Assembly: GCA_001179505.1 (NCBI GenBank)
Contig: CDMY01000920.1
Location: forward strand, 1 to 10,532
DNA length: 10,532 bases
Reading direction: 5' to 3'
DNA from: Vitrella brassicaformis CCMP3155
Taxonomy: Eukaryota; Protista; Chromerida
Below the pieces are notes generated by a model. It ran no database searches. It worked only from the letters and a program-made list of their open reading frames with translations, and was not told the origin of the DNA. The translations under genes were made by a program, and so were the position numbers. Shown here piece by piece: positions 1 to 6,900 of this stretch (its first letter is position 1; the number at the start of each line of letters is the position of its first letter).

Positions 1-36
1 ATCGCTCTCGCGCGTGCGACTAGCTTCTGTCTGCGT

Positions 37-54
37 GGGGGAGGGAGGGGAGGG
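37..54 (+). other. G-quadruplex-forming motif GGGGG-A-GGG-A-GGGG-A-GGG
   Basis: Four G tracts separated by single-A loops, about 200 nt upstream of gene 1's ATG. Confidence 0.55.
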
Positions 55-250
55 TTTGCGGGACTGGGGTGTGCTGATGGGGCGGGGATTGATCCCTCCT
101 CCCCTTGAGCCTGTTTGAGTCTGCGTGCTGATGGGACTGTATTTGTATGAGTATCACGGACACACAGACGAGTGTTACGGTTAATGACAGTTTCCCTTCA
201 ATACTGCCTAATACTGCGTCAGCAAGACAGCTCTTCCTCCTGCGAAGAAG

Positions 251-934
251 ATGGTGCAACCAATGGGAGTGTCCGCTGGTGGTGACATCAGCACTTGGAA
301 GTACGTTGCGAGGTACGTTGTGGGCATCTGCATTGTTGTCGCTGGACTCGCAGCTCTTATCGGCGGTGGATGGTATCTTCGCGTTCATTCGGTACGCGGC
401 ACGCCAGACACCGATGACGCCCTGCCTCACGTGTGTCCCTTGCAGCCGAGTGGTGGTGACGACAACCCTCCTGCTGCGTCCTCTGTCCACAGTGCTGCTT
501 CTCACCCGCACCTGAGGCGGTCGCTCTCTGCCGGGGGCAAGATGTTCAATCAAATCCCTCCGGTCGACTCGAATCTCGGCGCTGGGCACGAGCTCGGCAA
601 AAAGGCGTCGTCACATAATATTATCATCATGTCGTCGGTGGGTGTCCTCCTTTTCATCATCGGTATCTGGGTCTGCATTGCAACACGCAAATGCAAATCT
701 GTCGGCGCGCCGCGACGAGAGCTATTGGTCGCCCGCGCACGGCCCTCTGCACCACCTCACCCCCGCCGTCCCCCGAATGAGCCGGAAGAGGAGCCCCCGC
801 TGGTGACAGTCGGCAGCCCCGACACGTCGCCTCCTCCGGCCCGTCAGTCTTCGCTTTCATTTGGGAGGGAGCCAGAATGTGAGCCGTCTCGAGAAGCAGT
901 TGACCTGGCAGGGCAGGCATCTGCGCTAGCGTGA
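251..934 (+). CDS. Hypothetical membrane protein (227 aa from ATG 251) with two predicted TM helices and a Pro-rich C-terminal tail; may be the last exon of a gene starting upstream of the window
   Basis: Uninterrupted ORF from ATG 251 to TGA 932-934. Hydrophobic runs at aa ~22-43 (YVVGICIVVAGLAALIGGGWYL) and aa ~124-144 (IIIMSSVGVLLFIIGIWVCIA), the second followed by basic RKCK. The frame stays open upstream to 212. A CTAAT (208-212) followed by CAG acceptors ending at 222 and 230 could link it to an upstream exon. Confidence 0.7.
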   Translation: MVQPMGVSAGGDISTWKYVARYVVGICIVVAGLAALIGGGWYLRVHSVRGTPDTDDALPHVCPLQPSGGDDNPPAASSVHSAASHPHLRRSLSAGGKMFNQIPPVDSNLGAGHELGKKASSHNIIIMSSVGVLLFIIGIWVCIATRKCKSVGAPRRELLVARARPSAPPHPRRPPNEPEEEPPLVTVGSPDTSPPPARQSSLSFGREPECEPSREAVDLAGQASALA

Positions 935-1594
935 AGCAGACCGCGGCGTTCGGTCGCTGTGTGTGTGAGGGTGTGTGTGATGGGCCCATGAATTGAGTGG
1001 GGCGATGAGTGGGGCGGTGCACGCTACTTTTCACGTGGTTTGTCGTGCTGAGCAGGGGTGTGTGTATGTGTCTTGCCGATTGTCAGCAAGGCAGGCAGCG
1101 AGACGGGTGTACATAATCTGTGTGTATATATGCTCGTGTGTGAGGGCTCTGCATCGCATGTCTTTTCCCGGCCTTTATCTCTGTGTCTATGCACTGCACT
1201 GCACTCGCGGGTGTCTGTCTTTTTGCTTGGGTAGCTCAGCTCCTCCGACACAAGCAAGCTTCTTTGCGTGACTTGGGCCAGCGTGCGTGGGACAATGGTG
1301 GGTAACACGTCATCACATTAACCGATCGATACACGAACGAAGTCTGTCTGTACACGAGAGGCATACACATGAACGAAACGCGCACTCAATCAGCCAGCCC
1401 CCGAGCAGCCTATCCACGAGCACGCAGTCGTCCCCCACCTCTCCCTCCCCCTCCCAGCATCCCACACACAGCCAGCCGATCTACCGTCGGTGCAGCACCT
1501 AACGTCGACAAGTCGCACACACGACGCAGAATATGAGTGCCAGCCGCACGGTTGCTTGCTGTTGCTTGCTGTCCATGACATGGTCTGACCTTTT

Positions 1595-3886
1595 CTAAGT
1601 GTCGATTCGTTCGGCCGTCAGTGTGACACTGCAGCCGGCCGTCTCCCATGTGATGTTGAAGGGGTACAACACACCGTCACCGTCGGGGAAGCTTGTCTGC
1701 AGCGTCTCCTCTACCGCCTCTGCGACTCTCCAGTGACCCTCAACCTCGATCTCCAGCTCTCGAATGGCCCTCAGCTGCAGCAGAGAGGTCACGCTGGCGA
1801 CGACCGATGCACCGCATGACGCGGCCTCGCAAACGAATTCTGCATCAAAATACATCCGTCCATTCGTCCATAAGTGCCTCACTGCCTTGATGCCTACCGG
1901 CTATCTTCACTTGAAGCTTCTGGACCTCCGGCAGGCCATCCCGCTCGTCGCCCCAGGTCAGCCCCCACTCCCCCACCCCCTGCAACCCCCCCCTCCAACC
2001 TCCAACCACTACGCTATCCAGCTTCCTACCTCCGCCGATCGACCTCAGGAAGGCCGCCGCGTCCCTCTCTCCCATGGCCGGCAGCTCCACACGACCCAGC
2101 TGCGGCATCTTGGCTGCTAGGATGACCCCCACCTCACACACCCGACGGCTGTCGATCTCCAATTTAGTCGCAGCGGGGTGCGAGTCGGCCGGGAGGTCTT
2201 GCAGGGCCTCGGGCATGGGGATCAGGACATCCTCCTTACACCACACCGTCACTGATGCGGCCTGCTGGAATCTCATGCGGCTCATGAGCTCCTTCTCAGC
2301 TGTGGTGGGCATGTCCAGGGCGGGCAGGTGCGATGTGTCGATGTCCCAGATGATGGTCTCCGCCAATGCGGCGAGGCGCGTCATGGCGTCGCTGATGAGT
2401 GGGGAGGGGAATGGAGGCAAGCCCAGCGGGAGGGAGATCACGAATGCCTTGACACGGGAAGGATACACCAGGCCGATCTTCATCTCGGGTGGCCTGCAGA
2501 TGGCCGACGTGCTGCTGGTAGCCGGTGTGAGGGAAGCCTTGAGGTCGTCCAGGGCCCGCAAGGAAGGCAGCAGGTGGGAGCTGTGGATCCTGCCGCACCT
2601 GACCGGCACGGCAGCCTTGATCGAAGTGATAGAGCGGCTCCTGTGGCCAACCAACACCCTCTGACAGAGAGAGGGAGACACAGAGAGAGACGATTGACAG
2701 AGTAATAAACCAGCACAAATGCCTTCCATCCATGCATTTCTAGTCTCTCCCATGTCCGCTTCCCTCACTCACCTTCAGCCGATGGAAGCTCCTCTCAGGC
2801 TCCCCCTCGTCGAATGTGAAATCCAGCTGAATCACGCCTATCGTCCGAAGCCCCGCCAGTTGCCCACGCTGGCCCTCTGCCGGCGGCAGCACACTCGCCA
2901 GTACCTCAGCCAGCCACATGGGCGGAGTCGGCTGCACATCCACGTCCATGAGGCTGTGGGACGAGCGCAGGAACACCCCACACACACTGCCCTCCACACG
3001 CTCCAGGGACGGCAGCGTCCACTCGTTGATATGGCTGGCATGCGCGCCTTGGACGCCGCGCAGGGTCTTCAGTCCCGGGAGGGTAAGGGCACTGGGCCTG
3101 CATTGAGATAGATCCCAGTGCAGGGTGCTGCGCTCCTCGTCCGTCAGCTCGACCGGCTGGAAGGTGATGGTGTGGAGGGACCCCTCCTCTCCTCCGGCTG
3201 GTGGCTGCGCGCCGTCCTTCTGGGCCTTCCTGCGCGTGCCGCGCACCATGGCCTCCCTCCCCGTGGCGTGCCCCTCTATCAGCATGCTCCACGCCTTCTC
3301 GCACCACCTGGTGCCCGTGCGCCACGGGCAGCCGAATGTCGGGGGGCCCCTAGTGCTGTCCGAAGGGTACCGGACCGTGACGGTGCTGAGGTTGACGGCC
3401 TTTTCACCCCACTTGCGCGCCACGTTGCTGGGCACCCGCTCCCATAGGCGGCGCGTGGTCTTGTCTGAGCAGTCAATGACGAAGTGGGTGTAGTGTGCCG
3501 GTGAGCTGGCGAGAATGCGCTTGTTGGGTGCGATATGGGTGATGTCCCAAGGGGGCGAGTAGCCGTAGATGTGCGGGAAGGCCTCACGCGGGAGCCGATA
3601 CTGTGCCTGACACACCCACAGATGGATGGATGGATGAATGGATGGTCATCTTCAGTGTTTGTCTGTCTGTGTGGTGTTTGCTCGCACACCGGTCCTCTAT
3701 CTTCGGGCTGTCGGCCGCTTCTACTTACAAGGCGATAGAACTCACCGTTCACAGGTGGCTCCTGCACAGCACACATTACATTGATATCATCCATCCATCC
3801 CATCTATCTACACCACAAGGATCAGGGAGGGATGTGCGGCTTACGTCGCTGCCAGTGGCCGGTTGAGCGGCGGTAGGTGCAGACAT
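1595..3886 (-). CDS. Hypothetical protein (638 aa, 5 exons) with degenerate F-box-like N-terminus and LRR-like repeats; resembles a large lineage-expanded Vitrella family
   Basis: Exons (minus): 3886-3845, 3761-3729, 3606-2773, 2660-1898, 1839-1595; total 1917 nt = 638 aa + TAG. The four GT-AG introns (83, 122, 112, 58 nt) have consistent phases 0,0,0,1. The start sits in GCCACCATG. Protein: MSAPTAAQPATGSD|EPPVNGEFYRL|AQYRLPREAFPHIYGY...RLK|RVLVGHRS...VKIA|EFVCEAAS...ERIDT*. The two small 5' exons are less certain than the three large ones. The family resemblance is from memory. Confidence 0.85.
3621..3644 (+). repeat. (GATG)n microsatellite, one mismatch, in gene 2 intron 2
   Basis: gatggatggatggatgaatggatg. 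Confidence 0.85.
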
Positions 3887-3987
3887 GGTGGCTTACTGGG
3901 ACCGATGCAGATAGCTGTACACCATCACCTGCAGCGGGATACGTACGCCATGGCGAGACTCATCTTTCGCACCATGCATTGTACCTT
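3887..3987. promoter_or_regulatory. Compact divergent intergenic region (putative bidirectional promoter and 5' UTRs) between gene 2 and the MAD1-like gene
   Basis: 101 bp between the predicted ATGs on opposite strands (284 bp if MAD1 starts at 4171). Contains the palindrome CGCCATGGCG at 3946-3955. Confidence 0.5.
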
Positions 3988-6900
3988 ATGATGCGGCGAT
4001 CGGATGCGTGCGGACGTCTGGCAGAGAAGCGACGAACCGACAGCAGCCCAAGCCACCTTAAGGTACGCGTCAATTCAATTCTATTCCACTCCACTCGCAT
4101 CTAGGGTCAAGGGTATGGGTGTAGGGTTTCTGCCCTGTAGGGTTTGGAAAAAGAAGACATCTCGAACGCGATGTCGTCGAGCAGCATCGCTGCGAATGAG
4201 GAGTCCCATCAAGATCGACTGCTTCTTGACGAGATCTCTGAAAAACTAGATGTGAGCAGCGGACACGGGGAAAGAGAAGCCGTGGAGTCCATGCACGCGT
4301 GTGTGTGTTTCTGTGTGCCAGGCGGGCACCCTTGCCAAGCTGAGTAGCCGACTGCAAAAGGCGAAGCTCGAGAGAAGGGAGCTCGCTGAGACCAAGAAGA
4401 CGCTCGAAGGTACGCATGCAGCACACATCGCTACATGCATGTCATGGGTTTCTCTGTCTGTCTGCACTGTGTGTCAGCCGTTCGTGCCAAGCATGACTCG
4501 TGCGTGTCCGAGAACACCCATTTGCGGCTGCAGCTGGAGAGCCGCACAAACACGCTCACCAAAGACCTCGAGAGCGAGAGATCGGTCAGCCAGCCAGCCA
4601 GCCAGCCATTCTACACCGTCGGCATGTCGGCGTGTGTTTGTTTCCGTTTCAGAGGACCCAGATCGCCGAGAGTGCGTTGTCCAATGCCAGGCAGGAGTAA
4701 GACATACACGTCCAACCGTCGACTGGTGGATGGATGCGGTGACCCATTCATTGGTTTGCGCCTCGTGTCGTCATGGACAGGATGGACAGTCTGAAGGCAG
4801 AGGCGAGTGAGGCAGCCGACAAGTGCGACCGAGCCTTGACAGACAACGACGCACTCGCCAAGCAACTCAAGGATAAACAACAAGGTGACGTGACACACAT
4901 ACATTCAGAGGCAGCAAATCAAAACCCTTACTTACCTTATCCATGTGCACTCGCTGTGCTGTCTTTGTTGCGCCAGCCTACGACGAGCTGACCGCCCAGG
5001 CGACTCTTCTCAAGCAGGAGAACGCCAAATACAAGTGAGCGGCATTCAGAAGGGGCACACATGGCATGGCTTTGAAACTGTCCCTCGCGGCTGGCTGTCA
5101 GGGAGGAGGTTGCATCACTGCAGTCGACGTTCGCCAGCCGTGTGCGTGAGAAAGTCAATGCGGAGATAGAGAGGGAGTTCGACAAGATCCGCAGACACAC
5201 GCAGCAAAGGGAGACAGAAATGGTACACGCGCACCCACTTGCACACAAGCACAGCACATATCATAGCAGTCGCATACTTCACATGTGACATCAGAGTGAG
5301 ATCGTTGAGAATTTGACGACAGAGGAAAAGTATCGTCAGGAGAAGGCCAGCCTGGCCGAGCAGCTCAAGCGGGCGCAGGACGCTGCAGTCGCGGCCGACG
5401 AGAGATGCCAAAAGGTTGGTGGCCGATGGGTGGCTGGAAGCGAAGCGACACACACACTTTGTGTGGTTGGAATGTATGTTATGTGAGACAGGCCGTGAGT
5501 GAGAAGGAGGAGATCACCAAGACGTCCGAGGAGTCGCTGCAGCAGAAGAGCGCCGCCCTACACGGTCGGTACCCATCTCACCTCTGTGTGTCTACCTACC
5601 TACCTACCTAGCTATGGATGTGTGTGTGGCTGTGCTGTTTGGCTGTTTGGCTGTGTGGCTTCCTTCTTGCCTTGTAGCATTGGACCGTCAGGTCGTCACA
5701 TTGCAGCACCAGCTCCACGAGTCCAGCGACGCAGCGCTGCTCGAAAAACAGAAGACGCAGATCAAAGGTGGGGTGCCTGGCACAGATGGGATGGCTGGCC
5801 ACACAGCCTGCCTCCCTGCACTTACACGCATCGGATGCATCTGTGCGTGGGTCACTTACGTTCCATGTCTGCAGAGATGGAGCGTCGCATTGAGAGTTTG
5901 ACGGTGAGTTTGCGTGAGGCCTACGACGTGAATGTGGAGAAGCTCAAGGAGGACGTCATGAACACACGACAGGAGCTGCTGCAGTGGCGAGCCGTCCCGG
6001 AGGTCATCAACATGCCTGGTAGTCTGTCTCTCTGTCACAAGCATACATGTGATGGGATGGATGTGCACTCATGCACCACACACAAAGGCACGGCACGCTC
6101 GTATGTGCGTGTGTCTTGATGGACTGCTTCATCCATGATGGCCATGCAGTTGACCCTCGCAGCATGAAGCAGCTGCTGGAGAACCAGTACAGAGAGCTGC
6201 AGGAAGAGAAACAGAGGGCCGGCGTCCAGGTGGGTCGGTCGGTGGGCCCATGGATGGATGGATGGATGGATGGACACACACGCCACACACCCGCACCCCA
6301 TGTCTTGACCTCTTCTATGTGTCTATCGGTGCGGTCTGTGTGTGTCTTCAGTCTCACCTGATAGCCAGCCTGAAGGAGGCCGAGAGGAACTGGAAGGAAG
6401 ACAGATCGGTAGGTAGGTCAGGCGAGGCGAGGCGAGGCGAGGCGAGGTGGCTGCCACACATCACACGGACGGATGAATTGATGGATGGACGGACGGGGGG
6501 TTGCACTGCACCGGTGCATGCATGCCATGCAGCGTCTGATGCGGATCATTGCCGATCGCGACGCTCACATCAGAGCTGTCGAAACTGAGGTCAGTCAGTC
6601 AGCCACACACTCACACAGTCACACACTCTGGCTAATGCGTGTGTGTGTGTGTGTGTGAGTGCAGGTCCATGCCCGTGCTGCGGTGTACAAGACCAAATAC
6701 GAGGAACTCAAGCCCATAGTCGATGCATACAAGGTACACACACACACCACACCTTGCCCATCCATCATTTTTCCCCTCACTCAACTCGTCACCTCCTTTC
6801 ATCAGGAATTTCTGAACGAGCGCGAGCGCAAACGAGCCCGTGTAGCGGAGCCCGACAGCCCCCAGCAGACATCCACCGTACCAGCTGCTGCTGCTGCTGC

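Noticed and set aside
199-217. AATACTGC direct repeat with 10-nt period upstream of gene 1
   Set aside because: Only two short copies; more simply explained as chance or a local duplication at a branch-point region.
515-529. PEXEL/TEXEL-type export motif in gene 1 (RRSLS)
   Set aside because: Matches neither RxLxE/Q/D nor RRL exactly; short motifs like this arise by chance.
20-589. 189-aa minus-strand ORF
   Set aside because: Antisense shadow of gene 1 running into a repeat-rich flank; no protein-like features or splice support.
2074-2664. 196-aa + strand ORF and other overlapping ORFs within 1600-3600
   Set aside because: Antisense or alternative-frame shadows of gene 2's GC-rich exons, whose minus-strand frame is phase-consistent across all introns.
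3897-3925. Alternative first exon of gene 2 (MVYSYLHRS) ending at a GTAAGC donor at 3896
   Set aside because: Phase 2 donor into the 3761 exon gives an immediate TGA; at most an upstream ORF.
4101-4145. Interstitial telomeric array
   Set aside because: Only two separated TAGGGTTT octamers, not tandem heptamers; kept only as a possible motif.
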